47,337 nucleotides of DNA, taken from an uncultured Candidatus Saccharibacteria bacterium. GTDB taxonomy: Bacteria > Patescibacteriota > Minisyncoccia > UBA6257 > 02-FULL-45-10c. This document shows positions 14,911 through 23,841 of the stretch, in pieces (the first letter of the stretch is position 1; each line of letters starts with the position of its first letter). Made by a program: the position numbers and the translations under genes. Location of the stretch: contig CAYHBW010000004.1 in NCBI GenBank assembly GCA_964355085.1, positions 1 to 47,337 on the forward strand, in the 5' to 3' direction. The notes beneath the pieces are model-generated. The model saw only the letters and a list, made by a program, of their open reading frames with translations. It had not been told where the DNA came from and ran no database searches.

Positions 14911-17438
14911 GTAATAACCCGATCAGATTTTATTTTCATGATTCCCGTCTGCAGATGACCCATGCCGGCAGATTGGCCGTGCGCGTGGTTTTTTACGCCA
15001 CTTACGGGATCTTCATCGCCGCCTGCCTGACATTTCTCATCTCCGATATTTCCTGGATTTTCTGGTCCGGGGTGCTTCTGTTGCTGATTCTGCTGGACAG
15101 GGTCAAGCATTTCGGACAGGCCGATCTTTCTCTTCGGAAGAGGGTTTCCGGAGACGTGAATCTCGCCGGGTATGTTTCTCCGGCCAGTTTTGCGATTTTG
15201 GAATATGCGTATGAACGGGCGCTTTTTGTCGGAGGTAATTTTTATCTTTTCGCCCTGAAGAGACTCCTTGAAAGGAAGGATATCAGCGAGGGATTGGTGA
15301 GGATGGATCTGAACCCGGAAGAGGTGTCCGGCAAGGTGGAGGAATTATTGAATCAGAGTCTCGAGGATAAAAAGTATCTTTCAGACGGACCCGACCGGAA
15401 AATCCGCCTTATCGCGGAAATAGAAAAAATTGTCGGCTTGGCTTACAAGCAGGCATTGGTTGCGGATGATCGCTTCATAGAACCGAAAGATATATTCGCG
15501 GCCTTAAGCTATTGCGAGAGTACGGCTGTTCTCCGCATTCTTCAGCTTTTCAATATCGATGCCGGAGACCTTCAAAATGCCCTCATTTTCAGCCGTTACA
15601 AGGAGACTTTCGGATTTCTCAAGAGATTGCCGTCTACAATCGGCGGTTTCGCTTATAAGCCGTATAAGGTCCGTCATCGCATAATGAACCGCGCCTGGAG
15701 CTCCCGGCCTACTCCCGTTCTGGACCAATACAGTGAAGATCTTACGGATTACGCCCGCCTTGAAAAAGTCGGATTTCTTGTCGGTCATGATCAGGAATAT
15801 GACCGCATGCTGGATGTGCTTTCCCGTCCGACGAAACCGAACGTTCTCCTGATAGGTGATCCCGGCTGTGGCAAGGAGACGCTCGTGAATCATCTTGCGC
15901 ATAAAATAACCAAAGATGAGGTGCCGTCCGAGCTTTTCGACAAGCGTCTTGTCCTTCTTCGGGTTGGCGGGTTGATGGCCGGAGCCGGCGCGGGAGGGGA
16001 GGTTCAGGCGAGGGTCGCTAAAATAATAGAAGAAATAATCCAGGCGGGAAACATCATCCTTTATATCCCGGACATGCATAATCTTATCAAGACTTCCGGC
16101 AGAACCGGAATAAATGCGGCGGACATATTCCTGCCGGCTTTTTCTTCCAGCGCTTTTTCAGTCATCGGAGCTACGCACCCGAAAGAATATAAGCAGACCA
16201 TCGAGCAGCAGATAGATTTTGCCAAAGTTTTTGAGAATATAAATATACACGAGATATCCGTGGAGGATGCGATGAAGCTTTTGGTTTATGGAAGCATCAT
16301 TCTTGAAAAGCAGTTCCGCATAAAGATAACTTTCGGAGCCATCAAGCAGGCAGTCTTCCTTTCCTCGAAATATTTTCGGGAAAAACTTCTGCCTTCGAGC
16401 GCCGAAGATCTTCTGAAAGAAGCGCTTTCGGACGCCAAAGACAAGGGCGATAAGGTTCTGAACGCGGATGATGTCATAGATATCGCCCAAAGGCGGGTGA
16501 ATATACCGTTGCGCCAGGCGAAGGAAAAAGAAGCCGAGAAGCTTTTGAATATGGAAGAGCTCATTCATCAGCGGCTTGTGGACCAGGAAGAGGCGGTGAA
16601 GGCGGTTTCACGGGCTCTGCGCGAGTATCGCAGCGGACTTTCCAGGAAGGGCGGACCTATCGCGACTTTTCTTTTCGTCGGTCCGACCGGTGTCGGTAAG
16701 ACCGAACTTTCCAAGATTCTCGCCGGAATCCAATTCGGATCAAATGATGCGATGATCCGTTTCGATATGTCCGAATATCAGGATAAGCAGAGTATTTTCC
16801 GTTTTATAGGATCTCCTGACGGAAATGTAAGCGGGGCGCTGACTGATTCGGTGCTTCAGAAGCCATACAGTCTGATCCTGCTCGATGAATTTGAGAAAGC
16901 CCATCCGGACATATTGAATCTTTTCCTTCAGGTTTTTGATGACGGCCGGCTTACCGACAATACAGGAAGAGTCGCCGATTTCCAGAATACCGTCATAATC
17001 GCGACCAGCAATGCCCACTCAAATTTCATAAAAGAATCATTGGAGTCAGGGAAGAAGATGGCGGAAGTCAGCGATGCTTTGAAGAAAAAACTCACGGAAT
17101 TCTTCAGGCCTGAACTCATAAACCGCTTTTCAAACATAATAGTCTTCAAAAGTCTTTCAAAAGAAGATACTGTTTCAATCACCAGGATACTCCTCAAGGA
17201 TCTTTCAAAAGATGTCAATGCGAATCAGGGAATCCATTTGGAATTTTCCGAGGAATCCATAAATAAGATTTCGGAGTGGGGCTATGACCCGGTTTTCGGA
17301 GCCCGTCCTTTGCGCGGGGTGATTTCCGACAAGGTCAGAAGCGTTTTGGCGGAGAAAATACTGAAGGGCGAGATAACCAGGGGCGGGAACGCCAGGATAA
17401 ACCTTGAAAACGACAATCTTAATTTTCATGTTGATTAA
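14907..17438 (+). CDS. ClpC/ClpB-like double AAA+ ATPase with N-terminal transmembrane anchor
   Basis: 843 aa. Two hydrophobic helices in the first ~70 aa, a Clp_N-like repeat region, Walker A GDPGCGKET (D1) and GPTGVGKTE (D2). Confidence 0.85.
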   Translation: MSNNPIRFYFHDSRLQMTHAGRLAVRVVFYATYGIFIAACLTFLISDISWIFWSGVLLLLILLDRVKHFGQADLSLRKRVSGDVNLAGYVSPASFAILEYAYERALFVGGNFYLFALKRLLERKDISEGLVRMDLNPEEVSGKVEELLNQSLEDKKYLSDGPDRKIRLIAEIEKIVGLAYKQALVADDRFIEPKDIFAALSYCESTAVLRILQLFNIDAGDLQNALIFSRYKETFGFLKRLPSTIGGFAYKPYKVRHRIMNRAWSSRPTPVLDQYSEDLTDYARLEKVGFLVGHDQEYDRMLDVLSRPTKPNVLLIGDPGCGKETLVNHLAHKITKDEVPSELFDKRLVLLRVGGLMAGAGAGGEVQARVAKIIEEIIQAGNIILYIPDMHNLIKTSGRTGINAADIFLPAFSSSAFSVIGATHPKEYKQTIEQQIDFAKVFENINIHEISVEDAMKLLVYGSIILEKQFRIKITFGAIKQAVFLSSKYFREKLLPSSAEDLLKEALSDAKDKGDKVLNADDVIDIAQRRVNIPLRQAKEKEAEKLLNMEELIHQRLVDQEEAVKAVSRALREYRSGLSRKGGPIATFLFVGPTGVGKTELSKILAGIQFGSNDAMIRFDMSEYQDKQSIFRFIGSPDGNVSGALTDSVLQKPYSLILLDEFEKAHPDILNLFLQVFDDGRLTDNTGRVADFQNTVIIATSNAHSNFIKESLESGKKMAEVSDALKKKLTEFFRPELINRFSNIIVFKSLSKEDTVSITRILLKDLSKDVNANQGIHLEFSEESINKISEWGYDPVFGARPLRGVISDKVRSVLAEKILKGEITRGGNARINLENDNLNFHVD

Positions 17439-18087
17439 CATCCCTTCATTCGGACTTCCGAAGATAAACCGGATAATAAAATTCTTCATAATCTGCGATC
17501 TTTTCATGTGGGCGGGATGGGGGTTCATCGATCCGCTTTTTTCCGTGTTCGTCGTGAAGAATATCGGTGGAGCGACGATCATATCCATCGGAATCCTTGC
17601 CGCCATCTATTGGGGCGTGAAGTCGATTCTGCAGATTCCGATTTCCATTTTTCTCGACCGTTATGACGGAGAGCGGGATGATTTCTACGCCTTGGTTTTC
17701 GGACTTATGATCATAGCGCTGTCTTCTTTCAGCTTTATGATAACCCAGACCATCCATCAGGTTTATTTCGTGCAGTTCATAAAAGCGCTCGGATTCGCTC
17801 TTTATATACCGGCCTGGTCCTCAATTTTTTCAAGGCATCTTGATAAGGAGCATACCGCTCTTGAGTGGGCGATAAGCAGCAGTTCCGTAGGGTTGGGTCT
17901 CGGAGCGGCCGGTTTCATCGGAAGTTCGATCGCTAATTATGCCGGATTCAATTTCGTGTTTCTGCTTACCGGCTTGATGGCCTTGATTGCCGCAGGCGTC
18001 CTTCTTTTCGTTCCGGATCTTATTTTGCCTCGTAAGACAGTCGTGAATCCGAAGATGCTCGATCATATCCAGACAGGATTAAAATAA
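17428..18087 (+). CDS. MFS-like six-helix membrane transporter (half-size)
   Basis: The in-frame ATG at 17428 minimises overlap with the upstream gene (track start 17404). About 6 TM helices. Confidence 0.55.
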   Translation: MLINIPSFGLPKINRIIKFFIICDLFMWAGWGFIDPLFSVFVVKNIGGATIISIGILAAIYWGVKSILQIPISIFLDRYDGERDDFYALVFGLMIIALSSFSFMITQTIHQVYFVQFIKALGFALYIPAWSSIFSRHLDKEHTALEWAISSSSVGLGLGAAGFIGSSIANYAGFNFVFLLTGLMALIAAGVLLFVPDLILPRKTVVNPKMLDHIQTGLK

Positions 18088-18088
18088 A

Positions 18089-18109
18089 ATCCCCGCATAT
18101 GGCGGGGAT
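18089..18109. terminator. bidirectional terminator between convergent genes
   Basis: ATCCCCGC / GCGGGGAT 8-bp stem flanked by A and T runs. Confidence 0.65.
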
Positions 18110-18114
18110 TACTT

Positions 18115-18729
18115 TCATTTCTGTTTGGGAATAAGCGGCTTTACTTCGTCGGCGCTGGATTTTACTCCGGCGACTTCTTTCAGGAGATCGAACAGTCCGA
18201 GAAGGAATGTCTCTTCAGTTGAAGATTCTTTGACCTCAAGAAGGCTTTTGCTCCGGTAGACTACCTTGTCGTCTTTGAAAGCAATGTAGATTTGGTAGTT
18301 TTTACCGTCCCTCGTGGTGTCTTTCCGGTTTATGTAGAACCGGTCGGAAACAGTAGTTATATCTTGGTATGGAATCGTATAGAGCTGATATGGCGCGAAT
18401 TCCGCCAAGGCCTTTTTCAGGCTTTCCGGATTCTGCATGATGTTGGTCATGGCGCTCTGGAAAACATTGTCTCCCAGCAGCATTTTGATCGCGTTGATTC
18501 CGAGCGCGTGATTGATGTTCGGGGAATCGAGCTTGAATCCGAGCTGCGAGACTTCCTCGATAGTCTGCCCGTCCTTGACCTGTTCGAAAGCCGCCAGAAG
18601 CTTCTGCGGATCATTATTGAACAATCCGTTCCTGACATGGTCTTTCTTCGTTGTTTTTATGATCGAGCCGCACCCGGTCGAAAACAGCAACAGCAGCGAA
18701 AGCGCCGATATTTTCTTCATTATCTCCAT
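18115..18729 (-). CDS. lipoprotein (hypothetical)
   Basis: 204 aa. Signal peptide with lipobox LFSTGC. Confidence 0.65.
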   Translation of the reverse strand: MEIMKKISALSLLLLFSTGCGSIIKTTKKDHVRNGLFNNDPQKLLAAFEQVKDGQTIEEVSQLGFKLDSPNINHALGINAIKMLLGDNVFQSAMTNIMQNPESLKKALAEFAPYQLYTIPYQDITTVSDRFYINRKDTTRDGKNYQIYIAFKDDKVVYRSKSLLEVKESSTEETFLLGLFDLLKEVAGVKSSADEVKPLIPKQK

Positions 18730-18800
18730 TTCCCTGTCGAAGTGTCTGCGTGTATATTAGCTCCCTTCTCCGGCAGTGTCAATTGAGTAATAATATAGGT

Positions 18801-20525
18801 ATGACGAATGAATCAATCGCCGGATTGCTGCAGGAAATAGCCGTTTATCTGGAAATGGAGGATGTTCCGTTCCGTCCCCGTGCCTATGAGAAGGCCGGTG
18901 AGGGAGTGTTAAGTCTGGATCGGGATGTGTCGGAGATATATAAGGAAGGAGGACTTCCGGCTTTGGAGAAGATTCCGAATGTCGGAAAATCCATTGCGGA
19001 AAAAATCGAGGAATTTCTGAAGACAGGAAAAATAAAAGATCACGAGATATTGAAAAAGAAAATCCCGGTGAATCTCGGGGAATTGCGGATGGTTGAAGGA
19101 ATCGGACCGAAAAAAATAAAGATTCTCTATAAAAAACTTAAGATAAAGGATATCAAGGATTTGGAGAAGGCGGTCAAGGCCGGAAAGATAAGGAAGCTTG
19201 AAGGTTTCGGAGAAAAAAGCGAGGAAAATATTTCCAAAGGTCTGGAATTCATCAGGAAATCCGGCGGCCGGTTCGTTCTTGGATTTATCGATCCGCAGAT
19301 AGAAGAAATCAGGTCCGGACTTGGAAAAATCAAAGGCGTGAGCAAGGCGATCGTGGCCGGATCGATCCGCCGCCGCAAAGACAACATAGGCGATGCGGAT
19401 ATTCTGGTCATTTCAGATAACTCCAAAGAAGTCATGGATTATTTTGTTTCCATGCCTGGCGTGGTAAGGGTTTTCGCTCACGGAGAAACAAAATCTGCGG
19501 TCAAATTAGGCAACGGCCTCGACGTTGATTTGCGGGTTGTTCCGAAAGAATCTTACGGCGCGGCGCTTAATTATTTCACCGGCTCCAAGGATCATAATGT
19601 GGCGCTTCGCGAATTGGCGATTAAAAAAGGTTGGAAATTGAATGAATACGGTCTATTCGATGGTAAGAAGCAGATAGCCGGAAAAACAGAAGAGGAAATT
19701 TATAAAAAACTCGGGCTTGATTATATAGAGCCGGAATTTAGGGAGATGACCGGGGAATTGGAAGCTTCGCGCGCAGGCAAGCTTCCTGATCTTATTGGTT
19801 ACGGAGATTTAGTCGGGGATTTGCAGGTGCAGACTAATTGGACCGATGGCGCGCAATCCATAGAGGAAATGGCCAGAGAGGCGGCAAATGCCGGACTTGA
19901 ATATATCGTAATAACCGATCATACGAAGAGGCTGGCGATGACTCGCGGACTGGATGAAAAGAGAATTCAGATGCAGTGGAAAGAGATAGACGAAATAAAT
20001 AAAAAGTTCAAAATTAAAAATTTAAATTTTAAAATCCTCAAAGGAACAGAATGCGATATTTTGAAGGACGGTTCGATGGATTTACCGGATGAAATCCTTT
20101 CCAAATGCGATGTCGTCGGCGCATCAGTGCATTCGCTTTTTAATCTTCCGAAGACCGATCAGACCGCCAGAATAATGCGCGCGATGAGTAATCCGAATGT
20201 GGATATTTTATTCCATCCGACCGGAAGAGTTTTGAATAAGCGCGATGCATATGAAGTGGATATGGATGCGATCATTGCGCATGCGAAAAAAACAAAAACA
20301 GTTCTGGAAATCGATGCCTTCCCTGATCGGGCGGATCTCAAGGCCGAACATATCCGCAGATGCGTTGAAGCCGGAGTGAAGATGTCCATTGATTCTGACG
20401 CGCATCATTCAAGTCATTTCCAGTATCTGAAATACGGCATTGCGCAGGGGCGTAGGGGGTGGTGCGAGAAAAAGGACATCATTAATGCCTGGCCGGCGGA
20501 TAAGATGCTGAAAATGCTCAAATAA
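18801..20525 (+). CDS. polX: DNA polymerase X family protein with C-terminal PHP domain
   Basis: The N-terminus MTNESIAGLLQEIAVYLE is typical of PolX. HhH motifs, nucleotidyltransferase GSIRRRKDNIGDADILV, PHP ITDH... region. Track start is GTG 18750. Confidence 0.88.
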   Translation: MTNESIAGLLQEIAVYLEMEDVPFRPRAYEKAGEGVLSLDRDVSEIYKEGGLPALEKIPNVGKSIAEKIEEFLKTGKIKDHEILKKKIPVNLGELRMVEGIGPKKIKILYKKLKIKDIKDLEKAVKAGKIRKLEGFGEKSEENISKGLEFIRKSGGRFVLGFIDPQIEEIRSGLGKIKGVSKAIVAGSIRRRKDNIGDADILVISDNSKEVMDYFVSMPGVVRVFAHGETKSAVKLGNGLDVDLRVVPKESYGAALNYFTGSKDHNVALRELAIKKGWKLNEYGLFDGKKQIAGKTEEEIYKKLGLDYIEPEFREMTGELEASRAGKLPDLIGYGDLVGDLQVQTNWTDGAQSIEEMAREAANAGLEYIVITDHTKRLAMTRGLDEKRIQMQWKEIDEINKKFKIKNLNFKILKGTECDILKDGSMDLPDEILSKCDVVGASVHSLFNLPKTDQTARIMRAMSNPNVDILFHPTGRVLNKRDAYEVDMDAIIAHAKKTKTVLEIDAFPDRADLKAEHIRRCVEAGVKMSIDSDAHHSSHFQYLKYGIAQGRRGWCEKKDIINAWPADKMLKMLK

Positions 20526-20609
20526 AATAACCCTTGAGAAAATGGTTATTTTATTGAAATTCCTTAATTTTTCAGATATAATGTTTTTGTTAGGGTAAAT
20601 ACCCTTTTT

Positions 20610-21092
20610 ATGAATCCTGCAGCAAAGCGTGAAATATCCGCCGGCATTATTCTCTATAAGCGGGAAAAAGACCGCGACGGGAAAATAGACACTAAATATC
20701 TTCTTCTTTATCACGGTAGGGGTTATTGGAATTTCGCAAAAGGAAAACTGGAGCAGGGCGAGCAGAGTTATCAGGCGGCTTTCCGGGAAGTGGCTGAAGA
20801 AACCGGAATTCCTTCCCGATCTGTTCGTTTGGAAAAGAATTTCAAGATGACGGATAAATACGTTTATCAGAGAGATGGGCAGAAATATTTCAAGATAGTC
20901 ATTTTTTTCCTGGCGCAGGCGGAAAAGCCGGAGATCAAACTTTCTTATGAGCATGAAGGATACGGATGGTTCTTGCATAAAGACGCGCAGAGACTGTTGA
21001 AGCATCACAATAGTAAAGAAATTTTACGCAAGGCAAATCAGCATCTGTCCCAAAAAAACTCCGCAAACGCGTTGCCGGCTAAAATAATTTAG
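20610..21092 (+). CDS. NUDIX hydrolase
   Basis: Nudix box GKLEQGEQSYQAAFREVAEETGI. Confidence 0.85.
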   Translation: MNPAAKREISAGIILYKREKDRDGKIDTKYLLLYHGRGYWNFAKGKLEQGEQSYQAAFREVAEETGIPSRSVRLEKNFKMTDKYVYQRDGQKYFKIVIFFLAQAEKPEIKLSYEHEGYGWFLHKDAQRLLKHHNSKEILRKANQHLSQKNSANALPAKII

Positions 21093-21227
21093 CTTAAGAA
21101 GCGACGACGAAGCCATGGTTGAAGGCCGTGATAAGAAAGCAGAATTTTTAAAAAACGAATCGTTTGCTTTTTTAAAGCAAACCTGCTACAATATTTAATA
21201 TTGTTTTTTGATAGGCGGAGAGCAGAA

Positions 21228-21476
21228 ATGCAGAGATTGGTGCTACAGTTCAAAAGTCCGATACTTCAAAAAGTTAACGGATACTCATCTGGTTCGGGAG
21301 CAATTTTCCCCCTTGAAATTGTCAGTGTCGTTGATTATGAAAATAAAGCTCTTTGGGTGCGGCCGCCGTTAAGGATATTTGAAAAAAAAGGAGTGGTGTA
21401 TCTAGGTTATTCTTTCGGAATGATCTTCGTGCATAAATCAAATTTACTGAAGAAAGAAATTAAAAACAGCCCTTAG
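21228..21476 (+). CDS. hypothetical small protein
   Basis: 82 aa from the ATG after GGAG (track start TTG 21201). No motif recognised. Confidence 0.4.
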   Translation: MQRLVLQFKSPILQKVNGYSSGSGAIFPLEIVSVVDYENKALWVRPPLRIFEKKGVVYLGYSFGMIFVHKSNLLKKEIKNSP

Positions 21477-21491
21477 GGCTGTTTTCTTTTT
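21466..21491. terminator. bidirectional terminator
   Basis: ACAGCCC-TTA-GGGCTGT with flanking A and T tracts, between convergent genes. Confidence 0.65.
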
Positions 21492-21493
21492 AT

Positions 21494-21838
21494 CTATTTG
21501 ACCCTCTCCAGAACTTTCAGAAAGACAGCGGATTCGTTGCGGGCGAGATCGGCGAGGATTTTCCTGTCCAGTTTCACATTCGCAACTTTGAGCTTATTGA
21601 TGAACTGGCTATAGGTCATTCCGTTCGCTCTGGTAGCTGCATTGATGCGGACATTCCAGAGGGTGCGGTAATCGCGCTTTTTCTGTTTGCGTCCTGCAAA
21701 AGCGTGAGTCCAGGCGTGAAGAAGCGCTTCTTTTGCGGCGCGTTCCTTTGATTTGCGTCCCCAGCGGAATCCTTTGGTGTGCTTAAGGAGTTCGCGGCGC
21801 TTTTTTGTTGCAATTTTACCTCTTTTTACTCTGGACAT
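21494..21838 (-). CDS. rplT: 50S ribosomal protein L20
   Basis: MSRVKRGKIATKKRRELLKHTKGFRWGRK... is a canonical L20 N-terminus. Confidence 0.95.
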   Translation of the reverse strand: MSRVKRGKIATKKRRELLKHTKGFRWGRKSKERAAKEALLHAWTHAFAGRKQKKRDYRTLWNVRINAATRANGMTYSQFINKLKVANVKLDRKILADLARNESAVFLKVLERVK

Positions 21839-21841
21839 ATT

Positions 21842-22015
21842 TTATAGATATTTTTTGAATACTTTTACATCAGCAGTCCCCAAGGCCAACCCTTTGCGCT
21901 TATTGCGGGTCTGTTTGCCGGTGCGCTTTGCGCGAAAATGATCCTGCGCCATCCGTCGACGCATCATTTTCCCGGTCCTGGTGACTCGGAATCTCTTTTT
22001 GAAACTTTTTCTCAT
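21842..22015 (-). CDS. rpmI: 50S ribosomal protein L35 (57 aa, below the ORF-track cutoff)
   Basis: Hand translation: MRKSFKKRFRVTRTGKMMRRRMAQDHFRAKRTGKQTRNKRKGLALGTADVKVFKKYL. The stop lies 3 nt before the rplT start, in the classic infC-rpmI-rplT order. Confidence 0.9.
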   Translation of the reverse strand: MRKSFKKRFRVTRTGKMMRRRMAQDHFRAKRTGKQTRNKRKGLALGTADVKVFKKYL

Positions 22016-22160
22016 ACCAGTTAGTGAATCTGCGGTGCTTATCCGCAGAATCTGACTTGTTTGTTAATTATGTATATTGTTTTTTACTTACTATCTCTTT
22101 AAATGCCGGTCAGCAGAGCGGATAAGGTCAGATTCTAACCGCAGATCTACTACCTAGCAT
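22016..22160 (-). promoter_or_regulatory. structured 5' leader of rpmI-rplT, copy A of a two-copy element
   Basis: The reverse complement aligns end to end with 28958-29099. Helices 22021-22035/22139-22153 and 22047-22056/22127-22136. It ends at the rpmI ATG. Confidence 0.7.
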
Positions 22161-22179
22161 GGATTTATCGTATTGGGAT

Positions 22180-22208
22180 ATATTACACCGTCTTCAGGAA
22201 TTTTACAA
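22180..22208 (-). promoter_or_regulatory. promoter TTGTAA-17-TAATAT for the rpmI leader
   Basis: On the minus strand, TTGTAA is at 22208-22203 and TAATAT at 22185-22180, with a 17-nt spacer. It lies directly after the infC stop. Confidence 0.5.
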
Positions 22209-22211
22209 GGT

Positions 22212-22715
22212 CTATTTCTTGACTATCTTCATATTGAAACCGCGTCCTCCGAACTTTGCTTCAGCTATGACTTTATGCTCCGGATCGATCATTGTCTTGA
22301 CGAATTCCAGAAGTTTCTGCCTGCCCCAGTCTTTATTGGCTTTTTCGCGTCCGCGCATGGCAAGCATGATTTCCACCATGTGCCCCTCTTTCAGGAATTC
22401 ATTGGCTTTTTTGGCTTTTATTTGGAGATCGTGTTCAGCCGCTCTTCCGCTGATGCGCACCTGTTTGAGTTCCTGGGTTTTTTCGCTGGCGCGCTGTTTT
22501 TTCATTTTTTTCTCTTCCTGGTATCGGTATTTGTCATAGCTCATTATTTTACCAACCGGCGGCTTGGCCAGCGGGGCAACTTCAATCAGATCCAATCCTT
22601 TTTCATTAGCTAGCTTCAATGCGTCGGACAAAGACATTACGCCGACATATTCTCCGGCTTCATCGATGATGCGGAGTTCCGGCGCGCTTATTTGGTGGTT
22701 TATCTTATTTATCAT
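22212..22715 (-). CDS. infC: translation initiation factor IF-3
   Basis: 167 aa. INHQISAPELRIIDEAGE..GVMSLSDALKLANEKGLDLIEV and a C-terminal domain. ATG start. Confidence 0.95.
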   Translation of the reverse strand: MINKINHQISAPELRIIDEAGEYVGVMSLSDALKLANEKGLDLIEVAPLAKPPVGKIMSYDKYRYQEEKKMKKQRASEKTQELKQVRISGRAAEHDLQIKAKKANEFLKEGHMVEIMLAMRGREKANKDWGRQKLLEFVKTMIDPEHKVIAEAKFGGRGFNMKIVKK

Positions 22716-22787
22716 AATGTAGTATGAATTTTAGCAAATTAAATCGGATTTGAATAGGGAGGCCGTTGACATGTTATTATTGGATTA

Positions 22788-23414
22788 ATGGATGATATGA
22801 AAATAATTTATGTCGCCGGACTACATGGTAATGAGCGGGCTCCGGTTGAAGCGCTTCGAGAAGGTGGAGTTGATTTCATATTGGGAAATCCTTTGGCGTT
22901 TGAAAAAAATGCCAGATATACAGAATGCGATCTCAATGCTTCTTTCAGATTGGCGGGTAAAAAATATGAAGAGGTGAGGGCGGCGGAGATTCTGGATGAC
23001 ATCCCCGAAGATAATTTTGTTGTTGATTTTCATACTACGACCTCCGGGTCGACGCCTTTTGCGATTATTACAGATAAGGGCATGATTCCTCTTGCTGAAA
23101 GAGCCGGGCTTGGCATAGTAGTTCTGATGACTCATAACATTAAAGACGGACATGCGCTTATAAATCTTCGGAATGGAATATCAGTTGAAGCCGGTCAACA
23201 CGGCACCAAGGAAAGTAAGGAGATGACTTTGCGGGTGGTTGAAAATATAAAATCCGGAGAAAAATTTCCTGTAAAAATATACGAAGTGTACGATCGTATA
23301 ACCGAACCTGGAGAGTATATAAATTTTGAGATGCATCCGGGCGGATTCATACCGGTTCTTTCCGGAGAAAATGCTTATGATTTCTATGGACTCAAAGCGC
23401 GGGAAATGAAATAA
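22788..23414 (+). CDS. succinylglutamate desuccinylase/aspartoacylase (AstE/AspA) family zinc hydrolase
   Basis: IYVAGLHGNERAP motif near the N-terminus. About 205 aa. Confidence 0.6.
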   Translation: MDDMKIIYVAGLHGNERAPVEALREGGVDFILGNPLAFEKNARYTECDLNASFRLAGKKYEEVRAAEILDDIPEDNFVVDFHTTTSGSTPFAIITDKGMIPLAERAGLGIVVLMTHNIKDGHALINLRNGISVEAGQHGTKESKEMTLRVVENIKSGEKFPVKIYEVYDRITEPGEYINFEMHPGGFIPVLSGENAYDFYGLKAREMK

Positions 23415-23421
23415 TTCATAT

Positions 23422-23805
23422 ATGAACACGACTGATCAATATCAAAAAGAAGCCGAGACGAGATGGGGAAATACCGAGGCCTACCGGCAATCAACGGAAC
23501 GGGTCAAAAAAATGACCAAGGAAGATTTTGCACGCATCGGGAAAGAAGGGGACGATCTTATGCGCGAGATTGCATCAAGTATGGATAAAGGCGCGGAAAG
23601 TCCGGAAATTCAAAAGCTAATCGGCCGGCATTACGATAATCTTCGGAATTTTTATGATCCGAATCTTGAAATGTATCGCGGTCTTGCGGATATGTATGTC
23701 GCCGACAACCGCTTCACCGCTTATTTTGAAAAGTATCGAAAAGGACTTGCGGAATTCATGCGCGATGCGATGCATGTTTATTGCGACAATGGAGGATTCA
23801 AATAA
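23422..23805 (+). CDS. TipAS antibiotic-recognition domain protein (stand-alone)
   Basis: YQKEAETRWGNTEAY..S......K.....I..EG......I...M......PE.Q.LI..H pattern of TipAS. No MerR N-terminal domain. Confidence 0.7.
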   Translation: MNTTDQYQKEAETRWGNTEAYRQSTERVKKMTKEDFARIGKEGDDLMREIASSMDKGAESPEIQKLIGRHYDNLRNFYDPNLEMYRGLADMYVADNRFTAYFEKYRKGLAEFMRDAMHVYCDNGGFK

Positions 23806-23808
23806 AAA

Positions 23809-23833
23809 CTCCCCCTTGCGGGGAGCTTTTATT
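23809..23833 (+). terminator. rho-independent terminator
   Basis: CTCCCC-CTTGC-GGGGAG followed by CTTTTATTT. Confidence 0.65.
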
Positions 23834-23841
23834 TAATCTAG

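Noticed and set aside
16671-16700. CCGAC...GTCGG mini-hairpins in the Walker A region of the clp-like gene (GPTGVGKT), at 7591-7606 and at 13089-13101, considered as further copies of the intragenic palindromic element.
   Set aside because: Pro-Thr (CCGAC) and Val-Gly (GTCGG) codons are reverse complements, so any PT..VG peptide creates such a hairpin. The stems are only 5 bp, and there is no similarity to the flanks of the 41-nt element.
22159-22613. Two plus-strand ORFs (126 and 146 aa) overlapping infC and the rpmI leader.
   Set aside because: They lie antisense to infC, which is unambiguous. Their sequences are Phe/Leu/Ser-rich, as is typical of antisense translation.
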